Source: Microthyrium microscopicum
Lineage: Eukaryota
DNA: 64,000 nt
Reading direction: 5' to 3'
Assembly: GCA_010405405.1 (NCBI GenBank)
Contig: MU004241.1
Location: forward strand, 682,001 to 746,000
Shown: piece by piece, positions 1 through 10,755 of the stretch
How the letters are laid out: every line of letters begins with the position of its first letter
Numbering within the stretch: position 1 is the stretch's first letter
Made by a program: the position numbers and the translations under genes
Notes under the pieces: generated by a model
What the model saw: the letters and a program-made list of their open reading frames with translations, nothing else
What the model was told of the DNA's origin: nothing
Databases searched by the model: none

Positions 1-200
1 TTCGTTATTGACATGCCACAGACTGACATCAAAGTCACCCTTTCCCTCAGAAGCTGAGAACAATGCATGTCTCTCAGCGCACGTTATAAAAGCACCGCAT
101 GTGCCAGAATCATCTATGCTCCCCCAATTTCCTCAACCCCTACAAATCTGCGTCTTCATATACCATCAGGTTCCAAGAAGTATCCTCTTCTATATCCAAG

Positions 201-452
201 ATGTGCAATTGGAAGAAGATCAATTATCAAATCTGTGGACATGAAGAGACTGCTCTTACCAGTATGTGTTCGGAGGAGGTGCGAATGGCTCGACACCAGC
301 GCGGTGCATGTCCACCACCTATTATTATTTTCCCGGTGGAGCATTTGAATCGGCCTGCAGAAAATGATACTACAAGCATGTGTTCCCTCTGCGAGCATAG
401 GGCCCAAGTGAACAAAGCACTTTACATAGCCAGGACTGGTATGTGGCAGTAG
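201..452 (+). CDS. Small cysteine-rich unsecreted protein, 83 aa (MC-x9-CGH...CPPP...CxxC), array copy 1
   Basis: ATG at 201 (caagATG), TATAAAA at about 85. Clear paralog of 682-927 (MCxWKK, CxHEE, CPPP, MCxxCE, KALYxARTGxWQ*). Confidence 0.75.
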   Translation: MCNWKKINYQICGHEETALTSMCSEEVRMARHQRGACPPPIIIFPVEHLNRPAENDTTSMCSLCEHRAQVNKALYIARTGMWQ

Positions 453-681
453 TCTACCAGTATACTATTTGACTATTCTTGTAGAGGTAGCTAGGCAATG
501 TCAAAAGCACTCAGTAACATGATAGTCAGCATTTCAATATAAATATCCTAAGCCTGGGCTGTATCCCTTCTTCCGTTCTTTCTTCCTTGCTTCCTTCTTC
601 TCTGCCAAATACTTTCATATCAGAATCTTCCTCAGTACTAAAGACTGAAGCTCTTACTCTCCCAACAAAACAAGCTGCAAA

Positions 682-927
682 ATGTGTGATTGGAAGAAGG
701 TCAGCTACATTTGTCAACATGAAGAAATCGTCCTGGCAGAAACTTGTCCTTTGGATCTTCGATTAGCACGAAGTCAGCCAGCTAGTTGTCCACCACCAGT
801 TATCAGCCCTTCTAGACGTCGCTCTCTACCTGTAGATTATGTCAGCGTCATAATGTGTCATAAATGCGAGAAATTCGCCAAATTACATAAAGCACTTTAT
901 CTGGCTAGGACCGGTCTCTGGCAGTAA
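682..927 (+). CDS. Small cysteine-rich unsecreted protein, 81 aa, array copy 2
   Basis: caaaATG context, TATAAA at about 538, end-to-end similarity to 201-452. Confidence 0.75.
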   Translation: MCDWKKVSYICQHEEIVLAETCPLDLRLARSQPASCPPPVISPSRRRSLPVDYVSVIMCHKCEKFAKLHKALYLARTGLWQ

Positions 928-1191
928 GCAGTCAATTGTAGAAAGTAGCGGATGGGAGCCATATATGGTGATGAGGGTACGTCAAATATTGTGTCTAATA
1001 ACTTAGTTGATACTATAGATGATTTCCAATGTCATTGATGAGACTAAAATGTCAAAGTCCTCAGTAATGTCTGGATGGGACATCTAGTGTCAATAGCCGG
1101 GCTACAATTATTCCTCGTTTCGCTCATAATCCCTCTTTTGATTTCCTCCCTCACCATTAAGCTTACTCGGGCAAAACCACTTTACTTCAAA

Positions 1192-1460
1192 ATGTGTGAG
1201 GCTATGCTCTATTGCTAGGCTTGCGTTCACGGGAAACGAAGCAGAAATCGCATTTAATTGTCCGATCTAAAATTTCGGTGGACCTCCAACCGATGGACAA
1301 AATAACTGGCGTTCTCCCATCAGCGTCGATGGCTCCCACGAACGTTGTTAATTCAAACGTGCTATATTTCCCATCGCATTCGATGAATAATCGAAGTTTG
1401 AACGCGCTCTATGGCATATAAAGCACTCGATAGCAAATCGTCTTGTATGGGAGCCATCGC
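1192..1460 (+). pseudogene. Probable decayed third copy of the MC..CxH family
   Basis: caaaATGTGTGA start identical to copy 2. Reads MCEAMLYC*ACVH with an in-frame TAG and further stops. ATAAAGCACT near 1418 matches the KAL-coding segment of copy 2. End approximate. Confidence 0.4.
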
Positions 1461-1793
1461 ACTCGTTGGAAGCGCGCCATTTATTTTGTCGACCCCTTGA
1501 CCTCCCTGCAGCATGGGTCGGTTGACTTATACTGCACCTATTCGAATTGAAGAGGATTGCAGAACCTGTGTCTATAATACGATGAGTGCCAAAAAGGCTA
1601 AACCTAAAAGAGTGTAAGTAGCAGTGGCAGTGACTTACCTCATTGTCACTGATTGAACGCGATCACCTGGTTTCTCAAATTGTCTTAAATAGTTCTTATT
1701 AAATTTCCCAATAAAAGTATTTTCTTACTTGCTTCAATACCCACTACCACCTACCAACAATTTTCCACTATCCGCATAAAACTCCCATCCAAT

Positions 1794-2087
1794 ATGTGTG
1801 TGGTCGAATGCTTCAAGGGGACCTGCGGTCATGTACATCGACAAATCTACACTTACAAAAGCGGTACTAACTGCACAGTAGCATGTCCAGCCTATTCTAC
1901 AACTGGCAAAACATGCTGCCGTACTGAGTTGAAAGATCTAGGCATGAGAACCACGACATCCATCTGTCACGATTGTCAACTTGTGTCAACGCAGCCTGAG
2001 AGACAGGAAAAGCAAAAAGATTGCTGGGGTATTGAGTACACAAGCTATAGTGACTACCCTTGGAATGATGAAAAGTCTAGCAGATAG
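1794..2087 (+). CDS. Small cysteine-rich protein, 97 aa (MC-x8-CGH...C..C...CC...CxxC), divergent array member
   Basis: Same N-terminal MC..CGH and later ICHDC spacing as copies 1 and 2; CA/CT-rich leader. Confidence 0.6.
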   Translation: MCVVECFKGTCGHVHRQIYTYKSGTNCTVACPAYSTTGKTCCRTELKDLGMRTTTSICHDCQLVSTQPERQEKQKDCWGIEYTSYSDYPWNDEKSSR

Positions 2088-2500
2088 GTTGGTAATGTAC
2101 TGGGTAACCTGTACAGTCAAATCATAACTCTGACTGGCTGTGGTAGTGCTGTGTGGCCGGTTCGAATACTAGTCACTGCAAGATTGTAGCTTCCACAGAT
2201 ACCGCCAAATAATAAAAATTGGGTTTTCAGTATCAAGAACCGGTTTTGTATCATGAGCCTTTCCAGAAAATCCAAAAATCTTTCTAAAGTTGTGAAACGA
2301 AATTGTATATAGACTCCTCTCCAGTTGCCATGCGAGCTTGCTCAACCAACCGCAGCACGGCCACGAGCATCTCAACTTCACACCTCTTTGCGGACACCGC
2401 GTTTCCGTGACTCAACAACCACACGCCATCGTCTCTAACAAATAACCTCTCATATCCAACATTCCCTCAGTTTCTCAAACTTCATCTCCGAAATTCCCTA

Positions 2501-3443
2501 ATGGCACGCGGCGGCCGCAACGCCCGTTCCGGGCCCCCAGGCACCGCCTCACGCGATGTCCAAGTCTCCAAAAAGCTCAGCTGGCTCCTCCGCCACGGCG
2601 CCGAAAAAGAAGGTCTCAAGCTCGACCGAGGAGGATATATCAGTGTCACCGACGTCGTACGCCTCATCCTCACTTCGACGATCCTTATACGAAGATTTAC
2701 TAACAAATATACAGCTCAACAACCGCACCATCAAACCCCTCAAAGTCACCATGCCCGAACTCGCAGAAATAATCCTCACAAACGAAAAACAACGATTCGG
2801 ACTGATACCCACCAGCTATGACCCCGCGTCCGGCGAGCCTGTGCCGAGCACTACAGATACTGCGAATACTATTAGTTCCACGAGCGATCCTGCGGACTTT
2901 CTTATACGTGCCAACCAGGGACATACACTCACTGTAGATGCCGAGGCGTTGCTGACGCGTATAGCGGCTGATACACCGGATCTACCAAGAACAGTGGTAC
3001 ATGGCACGAACCGGCGCGCGTGGAAGCTGATAGCGGGCAGTGGTGGACTAAAGACTATGGGCCGGAATCATGTGCATTTTGCAACTGGTTTACCTGCTGG
3101 TTTTGCGTCGATTGAAGATGGTGGGAACCAAGAAGAGTTGGGTGTGAGTGTTGTGCCAGAGCCGGTGATTTCTGGGATGCGCAAGACGAGTACAGTGCTA
3201 GTGTACGTTGATCTAGCAAAAGCTATGGAAACAGGACTGGAGTTCTGGCGCAGTGATAATGGTGTCATTCTCTGTGATGGGGGTGAGCAAGATCTCATAC
3301 CAATAGAGTGCTTCAAGTGTGTGGAAGAGCGTGGAGAAGGCGGTGGTGTCCTGGTAAGAGATGGAACAATAATCAAAGAACTAGCTGGCCTTGATCGGCA
3401 AACCACTGAAGGTGGGAAAGGTAAAGGCAGGCGAAAGGGTTGA
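2501..3443 (+). CDS. TPT1: tRNA 2'-phosphotransferase (Tpt1/KptA family)
   Basis: SKKLSWLLRHGA, IRANQGH, VVHGT, MGRNHVHFA, SGMR and SDNGVIL motifs. Intron 2657-2714 (GTACGC..CTAAC..CAG) joins the two ORFs in frame. Confidence 0.93.
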
Positions 3444-3557
3444 AGTTAATGCTCACAGCGAATGATTTGGTTTCAACAAATTATTATTATGGCATTACAA
3501 TACAGCTTTTCGGTTGGTGAGTGCTCCCTTAACGCCTCATGATCGTCAGTAGCCATA

Positions 3558-6500
3558 CTATGCGTAGCTCAACGATGGGAGGTCTGCGCTCAATGGAAGG
3601 TTTCTTGAACTACCACCAACGTAGACCTTCTTCGGGTCAGCAGTGATCTCCCAATCTTGGATCGCTGTGTTCCAGTTCATGACATCTCGGCGACACAACT
3701 GAACAGTAAATTGCACTGTCGCACCAGGAGCAATTGTTATGCGATCAAATCCTCGAAGGATTTTTGGAGCATCCTGGAGACCGCCAAGATTCACATATAG
3801 CTGTGCTACTTCATCGCCTGGAATACTGCCGGTGTTCTTGACCAATGCGACGATGGTATAAACAACATCGTATAGACGAGGATTGCCGCCTGGAGCACCT
3901 CCAGCACGAACCTTTGGTTGAGCCGATCCATCCTGAGAACCTGCCGGGAAAGATCCCTCAGTACCATAGTTTGCATCTCCTGAAGCTGTCTTGGCATCAG
4001 AACCGTTAATCCAGGGATAGATGTAGTAATTGATTGGAGCGAAGTCGGCAGGATATTGCCAGTCCTCAATATTTATTGAAGAATTTCCATACTGCATGGC
4101 GGGAGCCGTCATGCCTTCGTTTGGTGTATACGCTGGAACTGTATGCGCAGCGACTTGTATATGTGAGTATTCGAATGTCGTATAACTCAGTCCAAAACCA
4201 AACTCGTAGGTAGGTTGAATATTTTTTCGATCAAATGCACGGTAGTCAATGAAGATACCTTCTGAGAACTGATCTTGCGGGGCGTCTGCGTCGTTATTGG
4301 GCTCGTACATCACATCAGCACCATAGTCTTCTCGACTGGCTCCGATTGTGAAGGGTAGCTTGCCACCTGGATTGACTCGTCCATAGAGGATGTCAGCGAT
4401 GGCATTGCCAGTCTGTTCGCCGGGGAGTCCAGCCCAGACAATAGCTGTGATCTAAGACTGATTAGAGCCATTTTCTCAAAATCCTTCCGGACACTTACGT
4501 TTGGATTTTTCGCGTAGTCATCAAGAATGACAGGCCCAACACTATGCACAACAACAATGGTGTTGTTACAAACAGCGGAGACGTTTCGAATCAGAGCATC
4601 CCCATTCTTCCACAAAGTGAGATTGTTCCTGTCACCAATATTGCCATCAACGCTAATGAAACCTTCTCCAGAGTCGGCATTCACGAAAGTAATGGCAACT
4701 TCTGCCTGTGCAGCAAGAGCTTGAGCCGACGTAAGATCCCAACCATTGGTAACCCACTCAACACGACCTTCAACCTTAGCAATTTCGTTCTGTATGGCTG
4801 TCAAAGGACTAATCAGATACGGGAAGCTGGCAGTGCCTGAGCCCCAGCCCATGGCCAGTGTTCCATTGTCACAACCATGGTCGCTACATCCATTTGGTCC
4901 AGCCGTATTGTCACCAGCATCGTCGCCGAATACGGCGGTCATTTTTTCTTTGCCCGAAAGAGGAAGAGCACCATCAACGTTCTTCAATAGAACTGTAGAT
5001 CTCACAGCATGGTCTCGGATGATCTTGGCGTGGTGACGACGTACATCCACACGCTCGTTAATCTTGCCATATCCGGCTTTGGCAATAGCATGTTGGTATC
5101 CATATTCATCACGGCTCCAAGAGTTGAAATTGACCGGTTTGACGTTTCCAGGAGCATCTCTACCGACGTAGTAGTACGCTGCCATGATTCGAGTAACCAT
5201 GCTAATGAAGTGTAAGTTGATGAATCAAGCCGTTTACTTTCAACTCACTCGTCCAATCGCCACTCAGGCACAGTACCGTTGATGACCGAGAGTGTCAAGT
5301 TACCACCCCAGTAAGCGACTCCCGAGTCAAAGGCAGTGTCACCTGGCATAGTCATATCAAGGCCTGCCAGTGTTGTTGCTACACCTGCATGTTGGGCTGC
5401 CCAATCACTCATGACAAAGCCTTGGAATCCTAGTTCTCCTTTTAGAATTCCGTTCATGAGGTGCTGTTGCCGTTAGTGACAGATACAAGTCTTCAGGCAA
5501 CATTTCATACCGAATTTTGGCAACCGTAAGAGTTGTTGATCTGGTTGTATGAGCACATGACAGAACCAGTGCCAGCTCGAACAGCGTCCGCAAACGGCCA
5601 CAAGTACAACTCGTGCAGAGTCTTGTCATCAATATTTGAGCTCAAGCTTTCGGTTATGTTGAAACCGAAGCCTGCCGACTCTCCCGCCTGACGAAAGTGC
5701 TCTTGTTCATTGAGAATATAGTGCTTAGTGCCTGGTACTGATTAGACCCACAAGACTTTCCAGCGACTGAAAGACTTACAAGCAATAATACCAGCTTTTT
5801 GCATACCCTGGACAGTTTGCGCAACTGCCTGTCCAGAGAGGAAAGGATCTGGACTGAAGCCTTCCCAACCACGTCCACCTGCCGGAGCTCGGCCTAGTGG
5901 TCCTACGACGGGGCCAAGTTGCACGTCAACACCTTTGCCGTTATGCTCGGCGCCCATCGCATAGCCGCGATCGTACCAAACCTGTCGATCCCAAGATGCA
6001 GCTACTGTTCCTCCAGCAGGGAACGCCGAGTTGTAGTCAGCTAAGCGAAGGTTAGTCAGGATCCAGCTCAAGGACTATGTTATCTCTCTTACAAAATCGG
6101 ATTCCCAAAGGAGAGTCTTGCATGCAAAGGGACTGGAATCCTAATCTAGGGATGCTGCCGGTATTTCCTACACAGGCCTCGCTTTCCCAACTGCAAAACG
6201 TCAGTAATCACCTGGTTAGAGACACGAACGACTCATACCCGACACCAGTGGTAAGATTGACCTTTTCGACCAGTGTCAACTGGCTGACAAAAGCCTTTGC
6301 TTTCTCATAGGCATCACCCCAGTCGCCAGAGCCGTCCATCCATGGTGAAGGATAGAACGGTGGAGAAGTAGGCAATGTCGTATTACTTGTAGTTGCATTA
6401 GACAAGGATTGCTGTGAAGTATTGTTAGCTTACACTCTTGCAGATGACAGTGTCTGCTGTATATTTTGGCTCTGGAAAAGCTGGCAGAATGGAATACAAG

Positions 6501-6875
6501 CATGACAAGAATGAAGTATGAAAAGTGCTAGCAGAATGATATGTTGAAGCATAACGACATGCAAGAAATACAAATGTTATATCAGATCTGGAAGTTGAAT
6601 GGGGCAGTCTGGAGAGCCGTATTTGACCACAGCATCATCAAAACGGAAAATTTGCATGAACAATAAGACAAACAAAATCATCGGAAAAGAAATAAGAAAC
6701 ACGAGCCAGAAAACATCACAGTCGCGAAACAAAATACAGAAAACTGGCCGAAAAAGGAACAAACAAGACCTACCCGCGAAAACAGATGACGTGGTTGGCT
6801 GGCTTCGCTGATTGAAGCTCCATTGGCCACACATGCAACGGCAGCAGCCCCAGCCGCCAAGAGTTGTGTTCTCAT
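3558..6875 (-). CDS. Secreted GH3 beta-glucosidase (Bgl1/BglA type) with C-terminal FnIII-like domain
   Basis: [45 protein letters not shown] (nucleophile Asp), NADSGEG and EGIFIDYR. About 7 introns. Signal-peptide exon [19 protein letters not shown] at 6875-6774. Confidence 0.95.
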
Positions 6876-9185
6876 TTTTGTTTTTCTCAGCCTTGCAGTA
6901 GCGCTGGTACGAACGGGGAAGAAGGATGAGAGGAATAGAATGGCAATTGGGAGAAGGGATGAAGTTGGAGATGAAGTCAGCGAGAAAAGTCTCACTGGGT
7001 TCCAAAACTGAGGCAAGAGCGAAGGCGTGGGTTTTTAGGAAGGCCTCTTTCCATACAGTCAGCGTGGTGCAATTGCCTTGATTCCCATTAAGGAAGGGCC
7101 TGGGGAGGTACCTGGATCTTTGGGTGCTAGCAGGCAGAGTACAAATCGGTTACCTTGCAGAGAGCAGCAAGGAACCATACCACCTTGACAGGAACAGTGT
7201 AATGTGACGGGTACGAGCACAGAAAGTTGGTTTGTTTAATTGCGATCCTGCAGGGGATTGCAAATATGGGACGGCTCAATGATATTACTGACCGATTGTT
7301 AGTTTCGCAGGAAATCCTTCAAAGATGGAAGATATTTTTACCTTTTTCCTCAAATTTAGGGACCTAGGTTGGATCCATGGAAGTAGCCTACATAAGGTCT
7401 GATTGATGAGGCCAACTGTAGGTTATGTGACAGCGGAGAGCTGCATATTAAATAATCATACTCTTAGTGATATACATACAAGGTGTACTAGAAGATATGG
7501 CAAGCCCCGGTGCCCGTCAATTGCTTCGGTTTTTCTCGAATGGACATCTTTTCACCGAGCTTAGTGTTGGTCGGCTCACAAGCTTCCAATAGTATTGATG
7601 ACAGCCTGCCAATGTACCGAACAATTGTGTGGTACTGGAAAGCTTGGGTGTCATTGCATCGGGGCCAACGGGGCAACGCGACTGGAAGGCGGAAGTGGTG
7701 ATCGATACAAGGATGAGATCATTGATCGACCGACCGAGGAGTTTTTATTAATGATCATTACTACTATGCCAAGAAGCTTCCGTTGAGCCTCCCGCCCGAA
7801 ACCGTAGATTTAAGAAGGAAATATTCGACCTTGCGGTGTGCGCTGAGGGTCCGCAATTGAATGTGGGATATCCGGCCTTGGGCAATATCAAAAACCTAGA
7901 AGGGCTGAAGTTAAAACGGCCAAATCGCATTCGACAAAAGCGGCTTGAGCAGCATCAAGATCCATCCCCAGAACGTCCAGGTATCCACGTTTTCTCCAAA
8001 TTTTCCTTTCTGGAAGCATGACTAGCCGCGTTCCCCGCAATTCGCGGGGTTGAGTAGCTTGTCCTTGTTGCATAAAACTCCAGCATGGTTACAACAGACC
8101 AGAAAGTGCAACGCGAGCGGAGAGGAGCCTGCAGGTGATGACTTGCATCTTGGTGGAGTTGTTGCCAGTTGGTACGACCTGGCTGTTTAGACGACTCAGG
8201 CCGAGGGAAACTTATCATGCCCTTTGAGAACTACTCTAGTGGCCAACGGATGCCTTCGAATGAATGCTCATCGTCAACTTCCGTCCATGCGGTATGCTCA
8301 TATGATGATCATAGATTCGGATGGATCTGCACTGTAAGATGCATCGAGGATCAGATGCTTCTCGCATATGCATACCCATCTCATCAAGAACTCAAACGGT
8401 GTCTTCTCAGTGGTGGAATGTGAACACTACATGTTTGTAAGAGTCGAGCTTTGATATGTCAGTTCTTGTACTACTCAAAAATCTACTTGCGTAGGTTTGG
8501 AAATCTCAAAATCGTTTGTTACCACAGACTGCTTCAGTGATGTAGGCTTGGAGCACTGGAAGTCCAGGCCCCAAGGTACAGCCTGATGGCGCTTTTCCTT
8601 CCTGCCACAGAAGCAACCACCAGACTTTGTTCGGAAGATGTCCTTAACTTGTCTTGTATCACTGGTACTTAGCTAAGAGCGATTGTCAATATGCAGTTAA
8701 CAATTTATCTCTTTTGATCCTCGAATCTTGTTCACGCGGAATTTTTGAGTGGTCCAGGAAAGGCCAACCAGGCTGATGAGCTGTTTTTTGCATCCCCCGA
8801 AAACCTGACAGTAACCATGGCCGTTGTATGTCAAACATTTAGCAACTCCCTAGGTAGATATAAACTACAACTTGCAGGTTTGAAAGCTTCTAAACAGACC
8901 ATTTTGCAGATAACGATACGGTAGAGGTCAGGAACATAAGGCAGGTATCGGAGATTTATCGTTAGCTTGGAAATTCAGCTTATCTTCTAACCGCCTTGGA
9001 AAAAGGGGTAATGACGGAGCAAAGTACCTAGCTCAGGAGTCTGAAGATGGCAAATACAACGAGATATGACCATCTACGACTTCGTGTCAATCGAATCAAC
9101 TTATCTCACCGACATATCGCAAGCAGTCTGCTGCTCTCAAGCCCTCCTATCCTTTGATTGCCACGCCTTGTTGACCTGTTCACCA

Positions 9186-10432
9186 ATGTCTTTATCAATT
9201 ATTCCTCTGAAAGTGTTGGAAAGCTGGCCCGCACCAAACTACAAAGATCCTCCAGAAAGAGGCGATGAACTGGTTATCATATCCGCAATCCTATCGGGAA
9301 TAGCTTGTGCCTTTCTCATCCTTCGATTGTATACGCGAGCGATTAAAAGGACATTCGGGCTGGACGATGCCTTGATCGTTATCGCCTGGGTGAGTATACA
9401 GGTTCGTGGCAAGCAAATGACAGAACTCACATCTACACAGATAACCACAATGGGCCTGATCGCGGTGATTGACTATGCTTACAAACGTTGGCGATTCAAC
9501 CGTCATGTCTGGGACATTGAGCAGAAATACTGGACCGGTAAGCAACAAGGGTCATGTTGGCAGACTCATTTCACTCATCGTATAATCATAGGGGCAGCGA
9601 AATTTGCTATTCCCGCCAAAGCTCTCTTTTCTGCAGCTTCGGGTTTCGTGAGAGCCTCGATTCTCATACTCTATCTCCGGATCCTGGGGCGTTCGAATGT
9701 CAAGTGGATCCGCTGGGCTCTTCATTTCTGCATAGTTGTGAATGTACTGGCACTTATAGTCGTCTTTTTCATGTCTGTATTCACTTGCATACCCCTTCGA
9801 GCGTACTGGACTTTGTAAGTACCCATTATTGACTGGTAAATCCACTGTCTGATATCGACAGAATTCCTATCCCAGGTGCGAAATGCCTTTATGACGGCTA
9901 TGTAGGTCTAGCTGCCTCCATTTTCAACAATATCTTGGACTTGGTGGTCACCATCCTTCCCTTTCCAATAGTCTCAAAGCTCAACTTACCAAGTAAGAAT
10001 CGAATTGCGCTTTTCTTCCTCTTTGGACTTGGCTTTGTAGCTACAGCGGCGGGCTGTGTCAGAACATACTACGTTTGGTATGGCTTCTTCGTCTCGTACG
10101 ACCAAACTTGGAACTGTTATCCGCTTTTGATAACCGCAGCAGTTGAGTTGAACATTGGCATTGTAAGTAAAGATTGACTCTTGTTTGCTAGTCTTGCATG
10201 GGCTAATTCGGGACTTGTTTAGATTTGTGCTTGCTTACCAACCTGCTGGCCCCAGATAGTTATGGGTTATACAAGAACAAAGAGCCTTGTGACTGCAACA
10301 TACCTATCTAAGACATCCAGAACCACATCGCAAGTCACTGCAGAACTGTCCGGACAACATTCCAAGGGTGCGCAATCCGTCAGTACCGTCCAATCGCCCA
10401 CAAAATCATCAAACCAAAGCTGGCATGAGTAG
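9186..10432 (+). CDS. PTH11-like / fungal rhodopsin-domain multi-pass membrane protein (no CFEM seen)
   Basis: SWPAPNYKDPPERG, LRLYTR, FGLDDALI, RHVWD, CIPLRAYW, DLVVTILP and ELNIGI|ICACLP. Four short introns (starting about 9390, 9538, 9815, 10163); stop TAG 10430-10432. Confidence 0.85.
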
Positions 10433-10755
10433 TGATGGCAGGATGCGTGAAATCCAAGAAGACAAGCTGTCATTTATAGGACTTTGAAAATAAGCAGATT
10501 CTGAGGTTTTGCTCCTTGTTGTTTTGACTCGTTCCTTGATTTGTTAGGGCGTATATCGAGTCGAGGAGTTGAAGATTAGGTGAACTTTATAACAAGCAAT
10601 AGAAACGTCCATTTTGCAACATCAATTGCCATTGAGTCTCTATAAGTATATACAAGTTGGCTTCTCAATCACTAACCCGAATATATCAATACACCACTCG
10701 CTCTACTCGAGCGCAAGAGGGGAGAAATACTGAAATGCTGATCAAAACACCACCA

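Noticed and set aside
2130..2181. GGTTCGAAT T-loop-like motif suggesting a tRNA
   Set aside because: The T-stem does not pair (GCCGG vs ACTAG), and no acceptor, D or anticodon arms can be built.
7488..8423. Several overlapping 60-87 aa ORFs upstream of the GH3 gene
   Set aside because: No motifs and no consistent gene structure; treated as promoter or intergenic DNA.
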